Origin: Amoebophrya sp. A120
Lineage: Eukaryota > Protista > Dinoflagellata
Reading direction: 5' to 3'
DNA: 64,000 nt
NCBI GenBank assembly: GCA_905178155.1
Contig: CAJINV010000002.1
Coordinates: forward strand, 5,932,476-5,996,475
Position 1 is the first letter of the stretch. Each line of letters opens with the position of its first letter. This document shows positions 36,701 through 47,640 of the stretch, piece after piece. Made by a program: the position numbers and the translations under genes. The notes under the pieces were generated by a model that worked only from the letters and a program-made list of their open reading frames with translations, was not told the DNA's origin and searched no databases.

Positions 36701-37673
36701 TCATTGAGTGTTTTTGTCCTCCCTGCTCTCCGAACACACTGCTTCTGCTTGATGACCCAAGAACATCCTTTTTGGTACTACCCTGCCGCATCTTTTCCAA
36801 AGTCTCCCCTTGCAGGCTGCGCAAGGCCGCCAACTCCTCCAGAACCAAAACCGCCGCCTCCCTGTTGCGCACCTCAATCACTTTGACAGCGGAGGATATA
36901 ATTTTTGGTTTTTTAGCACCCAGATCTTGATCTGAGGGTGTTTCATCTTCCACGTGATCAACGTTCTCATGGCACTCGTACACCGCCCCAAAGCCGCCGG
37001 TGCCCAGCGTTTTGTACTGTAATTCTTTTGCGATTTTTCCTGCTACGATCTCCTGCTCCGAGTAGCGCCAGTCCCGGCATTTTCGGTTAAAGAGGACATT
37101 GTCAGCGTCGAAATAGATCTGGTTCTCCTGAAAGTACTGTCGCAGCGCATTATTCCCCCGCTGGTCCCAGGGCGTCCCCGCGCGGGTCGAGACCGACTGC
37201 AGTGACGTCTGGCGCTTGATGAGACCGGGTTGCTCCGGAAGCGGACCGAGGTCGCGGCTACCACCGGTTGTTGTCTTGGGGGCATTGAGATCATCGACCA
37301 TGAAACCCGAGAACGCATGGTTGTCGAAGTTCGAACCTTTCTGACCTATCGGAAGTTCATCTCGCAGCGCTTGTTCCTGCCGCTTTGCCGCAACGACAGG
37401 CCGCGGCGCAGCAACTGCTGGTGGAGCACGTGTAACAGGACCTTCTGACTTTTCTTTGTCTTGGCGCTGCTTCTTGTGTAGGATTGACGCGCATTGTATC
37501 CACAGAAAAAAACCCATCCACATCCATTTTTTGCACGACAAACACAGAGTTTTATGTATGTTTTGCATGACAAATTGGATGTGGATGGGTGTTTTTTCCT
37601 GGATACATTGCAGAGTCCTCGCGTACCAGAGAAACACCGCGGTAAGGAAGAAACGCAAGGCGATGAAGGCCAT
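33708..37673 (-). CDS. Ser/Thr protein kinase, eIF2-alpha kinase-like, with signal-peptide-like N-terminus and a very large kinase insert
   Basis: Motifs LGTGGFGAVY, AVKVI, FLYIETELV..KTLSEYL, IVHLDVKPQN, KIIDFGL, YGTP and PTHMERA (TxMER as in eIF2-alpha kinases). Confidence 0.75.
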   Translation of the reverse strand: MAFIALRFFLTAVFLWYARTLQCIQEKTPIHIQFVMQNIHKTLCLSCKKWMWMGFFLWIQCASILHKKQRQDKEKSEGPVTRAPPAVAAPRPVVAAKRQEQALRDELPIGQKGSNFDNHAFSGFMVDDLNAPKTTTGGSRDLGPLPEQPGLIKRQTSLQSVSTRAGTPWDQRGNNALRQYFQENQIYFDADNVLFNRKCRDWRYSEQEIVAGKIAKELQYKTLGTGGFGAVYECHENVDHVEDETPSDQDLGAKKPKIISSAVKVIEVRNREAAVLVLEELAALRSLQGETLEKMRQGSTKKDVLGSSSRSSVFGEQGGQKHSMMELHDQAGELISPFLQFKSVWATEDKNLGRLTSLQGEQNGEEPVQVVRARALSSSAENLQALLEKEGNDQVAPLPGDLQMVHTPRKEDPAHQGNKPKDVERLVYTRKLLSPQPRLGSPSLLVEQQQNFDPAQKQQRGGSSSTSTFATQQLHQHHPPAPAPRFPFTASAVQAAGQLGTSVVAAHHASTHQLASAPTAPLVVPARGPHQGGRQHRRVPSVVSEESYSCSDQPSSCPFDFRADASLPSSPNPYYFGVANNAAAGALAPEDDGAGEDPLRLHTRTTMQQKSFSFDDGLLPATPAPAFPFPYAGTTPFSMGFGDDPPPEISLSAVSEVLSPAGGAAGASGHFTRENNSAERDLRQILAHAAPAADPADDVRERARALHEFLQTGGNQESNYARSGRTRVERDVESGVLPGGGRAAPEAEMKRLSIAGGSSGAGAKPRGTSLGSGSSSAVSEMTGNSSTGSSGVAQLGEDLSSRSARWSPKLPEEQAGAQAPVAAQMTRTQSQSSLVPFFLYIETELVENAKTLSEYLYMEKNASPSVERFTHPDFNSRTRDGQRNRLDVAYQLAAAFQYLHEVKNIVHLDVKPQNVLVFPVDKNTTTPRRYVAKIIDFGLACSATSPAGTKGAEDENLWRYNYGTPSCAPPCGNLPDTFKTEYHSIGLLLFHLLGGGYEKLPTHMERAAIWDVLRLDLNQAQFVERAAAGTTQGPQAQMNNQENASATTAGGLVVPDKTITSRVPSPPLGGTAGVRAGKKKTRLVTGWLDFSKVEESTVTERKETQKKRLLQYLSKSGPQQGQHEKIDSAAASETTLPARISYSRLARDQAKCVRALLNDYLENVVSDSEFSAAPEASSDENYKKSEDKHDSPSSQEPRGARKSSPQLGRKSRSSSSERKRFGKIKKQKQQQRMKKLTTTGKKIKQQQRKKGTTSRIAEAGARSRVTPRTSRQVAGGGSRSRAKEMTRMTETGKSSKKINPLRACVNVLRTQLQLFNDGPEP
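37497..37605. mobile_element. Introner family F (in frame, stop-free)
   Basis: tatccacagaaaaaaacccatccacatcca...tggatgtggatgggtgttttttcctggata, perfect TSD cattg. Confidence 0.9.
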
Positions 37674-38898
37674 TGTGACGTTTGATTTTGCGCTATTATT
37701 CCGGTGTCCACTTTAAAAAATAGATAATGTTAATGTGATGTTTCCTTCGGTCAAAATTTCTTATGCATTTTTACTCGATCATACAATTTATCTTCGTTCG
37801 CAATAGCTCACTCAGTGCTACGAGTGGTGTGCAGTTTAATTTTGTTTTTGGTTTGAGGCACTTTCCGGAGGACAAAGTGAAACCTTTACCTTGAATCAAT
37901 GAATTAGAGTTGAACATAGAAAGTATAGTAAGTGCTCCGTTCGTTGTATACAAATCTCAAATTTATGGTGCCACTTCACTTCTACTTGTTGTACGCTGAG
38001 GAGGATTACGTATGACGACGGTATCAAGGAGATCCTTTTTGTCCTTCGGTGAAAAAGAAAAAGTGCTAAATTGTCTCCACGACGATATAGGTTTCGATCG
38101 TCGATGATCGTCGACCAGGTTAAGGACTCATTTTCATCGTGTTTTTGCTTGGGCCTGCAGATCCTGCTTGTTGTTGTTGCGCATGTGCATTTCATTGATC
38201 CACAGCATTTTTCACATTCAGATTTTAATTTCATCAGCGTATCATCTGTTAGATCAATTGTGGTCAGATCGCTTCTTTTTTTAGATTTTCAACATCGTAG
38301 TTGCTTGACAGGCAAGAGCAAGAGGCAGTTCGAGTACAAACAGCTCGGTTGATACGACGCTTCGGTGCTACAACTGTATATATAACTTTTCGTGATGAAG
38401 AAGAAGCGTAGTCGTAGAAAAATGCGTAGCACAACAAGGTTCGCAAAATCATGGATCGCACACGGCATGCCGCTTCGCCTTCGCCTCTGACTATGGCTTC
38501 GATTTTTCCTCAACATGCTAGCGCTTTTATGCATCACAACATCCACAACTAGTTGAGCAAAAATTTCTTGGAAAATGCTTCACAAATATTTTTCGCAAAA
38601 AAAAAATAATGTCATATCGCAGTGCGATTGCGATAATGTCAAATGCTTGCGCATATCAGGCATCTTGTTGTTCGTGTTTTATTACTGTGCATTTTGCTGT
38701 TGCTGTTCTTATCTTTACCCCGAAATGATATAGATACACTCCAAAAAATCAATGAATCTATGGCCTTTCAGGCGGTCTTCATGCCAAAAATGTCGTGAAT
38801 AGATAAACGATAAACGACCCAACAAGTGAGTAAAACACCGGACAGCATTTTCTCTAAACGGGTTCTTTCTTCATCATTTCCAAACGTACAGGCTCCGT

Positions 38899-41735
38899 CT
38901 ACACCATCCCCGACCTCAGCCCGGTGACAAAGGCGATAAAAAGTGAATTTTCCGCCAACTGCGTGCCCAGCTCGGCCAGAAACAGCTTCCACACCTGGAG
39001 TTGAAACCACTTCTTGGCGTGCACCGACCCGGAGTTCTGGAGGATAGTTCTATCCACTGCAAATATGTCTGGGTCTCGAAGGTCGGAACTTGTGATGCTG
39101 CGCTTGGATTCTAAAAAAATCTGTATTGCATGCGCAGCAAAAGGAGTCCAATTTTTGCTACGCGGAAAGGGCATTTGTCATGCGGGGCAGGCATCAAGAA
39201 GCCCTCAAAAAGTCTGTGATGCTAGGGCATAGTACATCACAGACGTCATGGCTCATGCAAAACCTGCATGACAAAGCTGCACTCATCCAGACCCAGACAT
39301 ATTTGCAGTTGGTAGGTTTCCCGGATCTGCAACGAGCTGTATCGCAGTTCCTCATCCAGTAACTCCAACGACAACCGGCCCTTCACCCAGGTCATCCAGC
39401 CGATGAAGGAAGCCAGGGAAATGGCCGAGTACTTGTACCAGCTCTGGTAAATCTGCTTCTGGTTCCAGAAGTACACCGACGAGAAATGCAGGGTCGTCAT
39501 GTAGGACCCTGCGCCGATGTAGTGCAGAATGTTCCAAAACCGGAGAAACATGGTACCGTACTTCCGCCCCCCGCCCAGCCGGAAAATGTTCAAACACAAT
39601 ACGGAAGAGAGCCACGTGACCAATCCAAACCGGATGCGAAGAATGCGAAACCGCTCCAGCTCCATCTCGACGAAAGAGCTCGTGCGCGGAAGCTGCTGCT
39701 GGTTGTCGCGTGAAGTAGATGAAGTAGTAGGAGCTGCTATTTTATAATTTCCGCTCTTTTCTTCTACGACTCGAGATGACGTTCTACTTGCGGCCGTCGT
39801 TTCTACTAGATCGCCGCCGTGAACGCCGTCGTGAAGAAGTTGTTTCAGTACAGTGAAGTAGTTCTGGGAGTGCGCAAGCGCAGTCCCGAATTTCGCTTTC
39901 AACTGCGGCAGACGAGAGTCGCGTTTGATCTCCGCCCTTGTAGTTGCGGAGTGGAAAATTTTTCTGAACAAATTGCGGAGACGGGAAGCGGCGTTCGAAG
40001 CTGATGAGTTCGCAGTCTTTGCAGCAAATATGCTAGTGCAGCTGGATGAGCAAGAGGAGGAGGCGACTGATGCATCTTCTCTGCTAAAAATTCGGTTTGC
40101 CTCGAAAAATCGGACTTTCGAGGGCGAGGGTTGTATTTTCTTGTTCATGATCTCAACGAGGTGGCATTTTTTCGGCTGTACTGCCTTGGCGTCTTTTCCA
40201 ACTCCGGAGGACAGACGAGTATTGCCATCGGCACCTTCAGAAGTATCACCCGTGTCCTGTCCGGGGGGAGATGTACTCGTACCGCTCTTGCAATGACCCA
40301 TTGTCTCCAAAAGCGTCGGTAGATGATGGCGCGGCTGGCTATTTTCTCTCTGATCAACAAAGCACATGTTCTTGCGGGTCTCGTCTTGCGGCTCATCAGA
40401 ATGATCCTTTTTCGGCGGTCTTACCGCGCCGGTGATGGAGCTGCTGCCTTCCCCAATCGGATCGTTGTGGGCAGATACTAGCATCGCCAAATTAGCACAG
40501 CTGCTCGTCGTGGACGACGCATTGCTAGAGGACGTGTTACTGCTGCAGCTGCTGTTTTCTCCTCCGGTGCTAGTACTCGCCCCGGCAGCTCCTGCAATTG
40601 TCGCCGTTTCATCCGCAGCCATTTCGGTTTTATTTTGCTCCTGTTCGCTTCGACTTTTTTTCAGCATGGACTTCAAGTCGTTGCTTCTGCTAACCGGGCT
40701 CAGCGGCGGGCTGCCCCTGGTCGTCGCTGTTTCAGGTCCATCATGTCGTGTGGTCACTGCGTGACCATGGGAAGTAGATGAAGACAATAGGAACTGTCTA
40801 CGAGCTGTAGCTGAAGAGCAGCAGGCGGTACTTCTAATAGCGTCCCTCTGAGGAGCAGTATGCACCGTAGTGAACGAGGAAGCGATAAATTCCTGCAACG
40901 AGATCTTTTTCCCCACTACCGGCAGCAGAATTCCCCACGCACAGCAAGCAAATATATGCAGCGCAAAAGTATCGTACTCGTACTAATCGCCGTCTCGCAT
41001 GACAGATCCACCAAATAAGGTGAATCACCATTACAAATTGAATCTTTTTTCTTGAAAAAATTTGTCATGTTATTTCTACTTAGTAGAAATACTAGTACTA
41101 GTAGTACTAGTACGGTACTTTTGCAATGCATACAACACGTGGTTCAACAACTTCGGCCACCCGGCGCGTAAGTTGTGCGAAATGGTGGCGGGAAATTTCG
41201 GATTTTTGTCGGTTAGGTAATACAGCAGAACCGGCAACACGTGGTTGGCAAAAAAGAAGATCTGCACCAGTTTCAACTTGAACAAATCTTTGTCATCCAG
41301 CGTCGCGCGCCAGATCTTTCCCGCCGACTGCAGGCTGGCGTCGAGCTGTTGGAGAAACGTGGAAATTTTCAAAATCACCTCGTGCGGACTCGAGGTAAAT
41401 TGGGACTGCGTGATCAAAAACTCCGCGAAGGAGGAGGGCCGGCGGAGCAAATTGGTTTTGCAGGTGGTGAAAAAATCTTGAATCTTCTCGAGCGACGATC
41501 GACGACGGGTGGATGAAACGCGCGGACGCTGCTGGGGGAGGATTTGTTCCTCTTCCTGGTCTTGCGCCGTGAATTTTTTCTCGACATCATCGTCGCAACG
41601 CTCGGTTGGATTGTTCATCTCGCTTTGCCGTTCTTCATCGCCTAATGTGTTTTTCGTCTTGAGCAATGAGGACTCTCCTCGACCGCTCCGGCAAACGCTT
41701 TGCGTAACGACTGGCGCGTGAGAATGTGGCTTCAT
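38899..41735 (-). CDS. Hypothetical multi-pass membrane protein (3 exons)
   Basis: ORFs 41076-41747, 39246-40916 and 38899-39174 join in frame after removal of two introners (NHVLACCAWGIL; QIRETILQNS). Several hydrophobic segments. Confidence 0.65.
39051..39314. mobile_element. Introner family A
   Basis: tatccactgcaaatatgtctgggtct...agacccagacatatttgcagttggta, TSD agttc/ggttt. Confidence 0.85.
40955..41132. mobile_element. Introner family B
   Basis: tatgcagcgcaaaagtatcgtact...agtacggtacttttgcaatgcata, TSD aaata/caaca, with an internal tactag expansion. Confidence 0.85.
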
Positions 41736-42505
41736 CCTGCTTGACAATAAACTTGTGACTACCTTCTACACAGATTCGACTTAGAAAGAAGCGTCTCTAC
41801 TTGTTCGGTCGTTTTCCTCGTGCCGATCTACACCAAAACGATTGCAGATAAGAAAATCGCGCTGATTTTTCAGCACCGAGTGCAGTGCAATGAACTTCAC
41901 TATGATGCACTTGTTTCAGTGGCGTGTCTCGTATATTTCAACTGGCTCGTTTGAAGAATTCTCTCCGCGTGGCATGCCGCAGCTGTACCTTCCCTTTCGC
42001 ACGCCTTTGTTCTTCTCTCTGTAGCTAGCCTCGGAAGCACAATTGCATTTTTGCGTGGCGAACACTAGGTGAATGAGGCGAATGCTATGCAGTACTTCTT
42101 CGGAGCACATGATCAACACGAAAACAAAAGCCGCCTTTGTAGTTTCTAACGTTATGTTGACATTTCATCTCACTCTCCGGACACTCACATGATATATAGG
42201 AATTTTTGGCAAAGATGTCAACGCTGGGACACAACGCTGTAATAAAGAAGTAGAAGTTTCTCATCCTTCGAATACAGGAAATCCGCAGAAAGCACATGGA
42301 GGGGAGCAAGATAATCCTCGAAACGGAAAGCAAAATGATGAAAATTGATCATGTGGCTGAATGGGAATGATGATTCTACATGCTGTGCCACAAAACTACG
42401 TAAGTTCAACGGTGATCTACTTTTGCGGTAACTCCGTTGCTTTGTGAGAGAAAGGAATATTAAAGTACAAACCCCAGATTCTGATTCTACATTTCTACGA
42501 GGCTT

Positions 42506-44231
42506 CTACGATCTCCTCCTCTGCCCTCCGGTTCTGGGTGGACTGTTGTGCGGCCGTTGGTTATTTGACGCCCTATTCTGCCGAGTTGTACCAGACGGAC
42601 TGGGACCCCCGTCCTCATCGTCCACACCGCTAGAAGTTATGATGACAAACGCTTGCCCCCCACTGTTGCCTCCTTCACTTCCACGACCTCCCCCGACGTT
42701 TGTTCCGGAGGTCGTGGATGTTGAACCATGCATGAAGGGATCGCCCCCCGTGCCGAAAAAGCCTGGCGGCATACTTCCGAAGAACAGCTGCTCAATCAAG
42801 CTCGCGGGGTGCTGCTGGTCTTGCCGGGGTGGACCACCTCCACTGCTCGATGAACCGCGCATCATCATGGGGTGGTGGTGCATCATCCCTCCCCCGCCCA
42901 ACATCATCCCCGGTAGTGGTCCGCCTGAAAAGCCGTATCCTGTGCAAAAGTGTCGTACTCGTACTAATTGCAAATATGCATGACAAATGTTTTTCCCAAG
43001 GCAAAACAGCATTACAAATTCCAGTTTCCTTCTTGCCAAAATTTGTCATGCAATTTATACTACGTACGATACTTTTGCAATGCATAAGCCGTCCTGAATC
43101 ACGATTCGCGGTTGCCGCGCCCGCCGCCGCATGTTGTCCATTTCCTCGGCACCTTCCCGCGTTTCCTCCGGACTCGAGTGCAATAATTGCATCTCGTGGT
43201 AGGTTATGCATTGCAAATATGGCTGGGTCTGGAAGAATGCAAGTTTGTCATGCTTGTCTGGGATGGCTCTTAAATCTGTCATACACGTTACCCAAGAGCC
43301 TCATTCTTCTGTCATGCAGAAACGCAGTTGGTCATGCAGAATAGGCAACACCTAGAAGCTCAGAAACTTGTCATGCTGCGCCAGCACTTGTGGCCTCCTC
43401 CTGATACGCCACTCAGCATCACAAGTTTCCAGACCCAGACATATTTGCATTTGATATAGGTCAACGTGTTGGGGATTTCCTTCCTGCACTGCGGACAGGT
43501 GTTGTGCAGCCGGAGCCAGTATCAAGTGCAAAAATGTCTAGGTCTGGAAGAGTGTAAACTTGTCATGCAGATTTTCCATGACCCATGAGGTCTGGAGTGC
43601 GGGACTTAGCACGACAGACTCTGCGAGGTCTCTGCCATGCCTATCCTGCATGAGAACCTCCCTCCCAACTTGGTCTTAAGTGGACAGCTTTTGGCACTCA
43701 TGCAACGCAGATTTTTGTATGCTTCAGATTTACCATCACAAGTTACCACCTTCCAGAACCAGACATGTTTGCATTTCATAGCCAGCCGCACAAGCAGTCA
43801 AAGTGATAGGCGGACCCGCAACACAGCACCGCCATCGTCGGGTCCTTTTCCTGGCAAACCACGCAAACCTCTGTTCTCGCCAGCTGCTTGGCAAACTGCA
43901 CCTTGTCCAGGTCGGCACTGCTGGAATTGGAATTAATACCAGCACCTGGCGCGCTACGGGAGTTCGACGCGCCGGCATTCGGAGTGCTTCTGTTCACCAC
44001 GGCAGCCGGTGCGGGCGGCACGTTTGCGGCAGAGTACTTTCCGCTCCGTGGGTGCGTAGTTGTAGACGAGGGGCTGCTGGGCTCGTTATTTGCATTTCTA
44101 CTTTGCTGCAGGAAGCCACCGGAGGCAGAGCCAGTGCTGCTCGAGGAGGCACGCATGAGCAAGAGGATGTGATGAGAATGTGTTCCCCTGAGGTAAATAT
44201 CGGATGAATTTATGTTTTTCTCGTCCTGCAC
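42506..44231 (-). CDS. RING-finger protein (putative E3 ubiquitin ligase); 5' end uncertain
   Basis: After removing three introners the RING is rebuilt: CVVCQEKDPTMAVLCCGSAYHFDCLCGWLRLHNTCPQCRKEI. Confidence 0.8.
42936..43086. mobile_element. Introner family B
   Basis: Family B TIRs, perfect TSD agccg. Confidence 0.92.
43205..43456. mobile_element. Introner family A
   Basis: Family A TIRs, perfect TSD taggt. Internally similar to 12202-12455. Confidence 0.92.
43520..43780. mobile_element. Introner family A inside the RING domain
   Basis: Family A TIRs, perfect TSD gccag. Confidence 0.92.
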
Positions 44232-46763
44232 ACGGAATCAAAAATGATGTCGCGGCCGGCCGTGTGCTACTGACTATGAAGAAAGAGTAGTACTTTGTTG
44301 TACTTGTTCTTTTTACTGACAGAAACAACTAGAACAAGTATTTTGCACCACCAGTTTCTCTTGACAATTTTGACTTGGCCTCAAAATGCTCCAGTACTTA
44401 CTTCATCACTCGTCGTTCAATAAACGGCAGGGAAGTAGTAGTAGTTGATACTCAAAGTGGACTCCATGTGGTTGGGTTTGAAACCTCTGCGAAAAAATTT
44501 AGTGTGAGATAGTTTTCTGTCGCTGTCTCAGAGCGAGAATTACTACTACTGGTCTGCCCGGAGGCATCTAAGCAGTTGGCATCGAGAAAAAAAAAAGTGT
44601 GCCCCGGCAAATACCTACAAAACAAAAATTTAAAGTTGACCGATTTTCTTATTTTGCGAAAAAAGCGATCTTCATGAGAAAAAGGTACATTGAGAAGACT
44701 TTATTCACCGAAAAATCAACCGACACTTCTAAGGACTTACATTTATATTCATGTGCGCAGGCGCCGGCACGCGCGCAACGAACACAAAATAGGAGAAGCT
44801 GCTTCGAGGGCGGCAGAGCTCTAGCCCAACGCCGTCCCATAGTTCCGGACGTTTTTATTTTCATACAAAGCAGACACTGGGATAACAGGTCAAGAAGCTC
44901 TAGGTCACTCGGTGGAGGTCTTCAAACATAAACTAAAACTGTATAATTTCGTCGCTGGTAGATATCGACGACAAAATCTGTCAAACAGAATTCAACCGAC
45001 TCGTCATTCTGTCGCCTCGAAACCACGAATTTCTCTGGTGCGTTTTAGATTCTGTAAAATCAAACAAACAGGTTGTTCAAGAAAATCATCTTCTTCTAAA
45101 TCCAAAGTCGCCGAAGATTAATTCTTTTTCAAATCGAATTCAAACCAAATTCAAAACTTCAATGTTTCAGGTCCTCATGGTGCCACTGGACACCTGTGGC
45201 GAGGGTCAATCATTTTGCAAAAAAAGTCAGCAGCTGACATGCCTCACCACAGAACCTGACCCAGGTCTGGTCGTCATCCCAAGGAGTGCGCGCTTTGGTT
45301 CCAATAGTCGCAAGCAGACTCCCACTACTCATCGCCCGCTCCTGGTGTTGTACCGCTCGCACACCATCCTCGGCGAGCATGTAACGTCAACGATCTCACC
45401 GAGCGCCCTCCGCCGGTTTGTGAAAGGAAAGCGCCAAACAGAGCCTAGCTCACCGGGAACCCCTCCCGCCGGCCGCAGGCAGCAAGGGGCCGGGCCGCGG
45501 AGGTGGGAGACACCACATCCAAAGGCCACACTACACGAGGGGGCTACACTATGCTACTCGCCCGGGTGAATATGAAAAATGATCGCCCAGCCTTTAGGAG
45601 GGCGCATTGCTTTTGTTGCAGGGCGAGAAAAGAGACGCCTGGCCCTTCGGTTACCACCGTCGCGGCCCGCGCGCGTCGAACTCCCGAGACCACCATGTGC
45701 GGAGCAGCAACTACCGCAGAGACAATAAATCTCCCTGAAGCAAGACAATTAGCCACGCAGCGACAGCATTGGGCGTGGGCGACCACACTCACAAGCGAGC
45801 CCGGCGGCCTCGCTTGTCGGGCTTCCAGCCATCCATTCCAAGCGATGCCACAGGCCTTCGCGCTTCGATGCGCTTTGCCAAAACACGAAGAAGGACACAG
45901 GGCGCGCGGCATTGCTAGCCCTAGCTGGCGAATGAAAGACGAATATTGTGCGCGCGCGCAGCGCGCGCGCCCCCAGAATACCTTTGCCGCTGCTGCTGCG
46001 GGGGCTACCTGGCGGCATTCATGCATGCTGGCAGTCGAGTGGCCCAGGCCCTAGAGTCAAGGCGTGGCTTCGCCGTCGAAACCACGAATTTCTCTTGTGC
46101 GTTTTAGATTCTGTAAAATCAAACAAACAAGTTGCTCAAGAAAATCATCTTTGAATCAAGTGAAGTGAAGTGAAGTGAAGTTGAAAAGATCTCCTTTCCG
46201 AAGCTTGCGCCCTCGTCCAGAGATCCCGGCACTGTTACGCCGTCCCACGGAATCAGATAGTTTTGCATGCAACGTGGAACAGACCTAGGTGGGTTTAAGG
46301 ACCCAGGTGGCATTCGAGAGACCCAGAGAGAGGACCGGACGCAGGAAGAGCAACCACTGATGCTAGAGGCAGTGGACCTACGGGCGCTCCCCAGTCCCCC
46401 TCCAGGGATCCGGACTCCCCTTGGGACACATGGAAAAACCGAAGGCAGCTGAGGTGCACGCGCTCAGCTGTCAGACAAACCGATGATACCCCTTCACTGG
46501 CAGGAAGTCCCTCAAGGTATCACAACACTTCCGGGGGGAAGCGGCAAACCGCCTTACCTACATACGTACCGACGAGAACTACATGCTGGCCAGGCAACTT
46601 AGAATGGGAAAGCTGGGATAACTTACCAACCCGGAACAAGAAAAGATAACAACTGACCACCGCAAGAGGCACCCTGCTAAAAAATAGTAAAAGCCGCCCG
46701 CGGGCAAGGACTAACAGCTTAAAGGTAAGGGGGGACTCAGCAGCAAGCAGACAGAACACGACT

Positions 46764-46911
46764 TATCCTGTGCAAAAGTATCGCACTCGTAGTAATAGCA
46801 ATCCTGCATTACAAATTTTTTCCGACGGTAAATCCGCATGATAAAATTTATTTCCCACGCTGAAGAAATTTGTAATGCATTTATACGAGTACGATACTCT
46901 TGCAATGCACA
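46764..46911. mobile_element. Introner family B inside array spacer 2
   Basis: tatcctgtgcaaaagtatcg...cgatactcttgcaatgcaca, perfect TSD cgact. Confidence 0.88.
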
Positions 46912-47469
46912 CGACTAGACTGACTACCACGACGGCACAATGCACCACCGAAACCGAATATCCGAACTGAGCGATGACACAAAGAAGAAGAACCCATGAA
47001 ACACGACAAACATAAACACCACGTAGGGGGGACATCTAATCAGCAGGAAAAGTGCTAGAGACTGCCCGCACATCAGGGACAAGAGCAGCACATCTTTTCC
47101 CGCCGAATTTGTAAGCAGGCGTGCAATATTCTAAACACAATGAACCAGAACTGTACCTGGGAAGCCAAGGTAACCAAACAGCGAGTTTTTCTGGTGCGTT
47201 TTAGATTCTGTAAAATCAAACAAACAGGTTGTTCAAGAAAATCATCTCTTTCAAGATTGAACCGCCAGGGTCCCTCGAAAACCCAACGGACAGACACCAC
47301 GTCCGCCCAAAGCCACGACGCATGGGGCCAACGCAATTCCATTTCCAAGGCGGCCGAGAGGGCCCAGATGCACCCTCTCCCCTCGATTGATCGGGCCTGA
47401 TTGGTGCCTAACATAAAACATATCATGCCACAGACCACACCAATACCAGAGCGATCACGCAGAGTGCCC

Positions 47470-47640
47470 AATTTCAAAAGGAAATTGGCGGGCCTAAGCA
47501 ATTTCAAAAAGAAATTGGCGACCTGAACGGAATTCAAAAAGAAATTGGCGGGGTTGATGGAATTCAAAAAGAAATTGGCGGCCCCGAGACAATTCAAAAA
47601 GAAATTGGCGGATCTGGGCAATTTCAAAAAAAAGTTGGGA
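47470..47640. repeat. 30-bp-period tandem repeat (5 full + 1 partial unit)
   Basis: Constant a(a/t)ttcaaaaagaaattggcg followed by a variable ~9-10 nt. Confidence 0.9.

Noticed and set aside
45017-45096. Array repeat as tRNA, spliced-leader RNA or hammerhead ribozyme
   Set aside because: No cloverleaf with D and T arms, no dinoflagellate SL sequence (CCGTAGCCATTTTGGCTCAAG) and no CUGAnGA/GAAA hammerhead core.
47470-47640. Mini-CRISPR
   Set aside because: The variable parts are only ~9-10 nt, too short to be guides.
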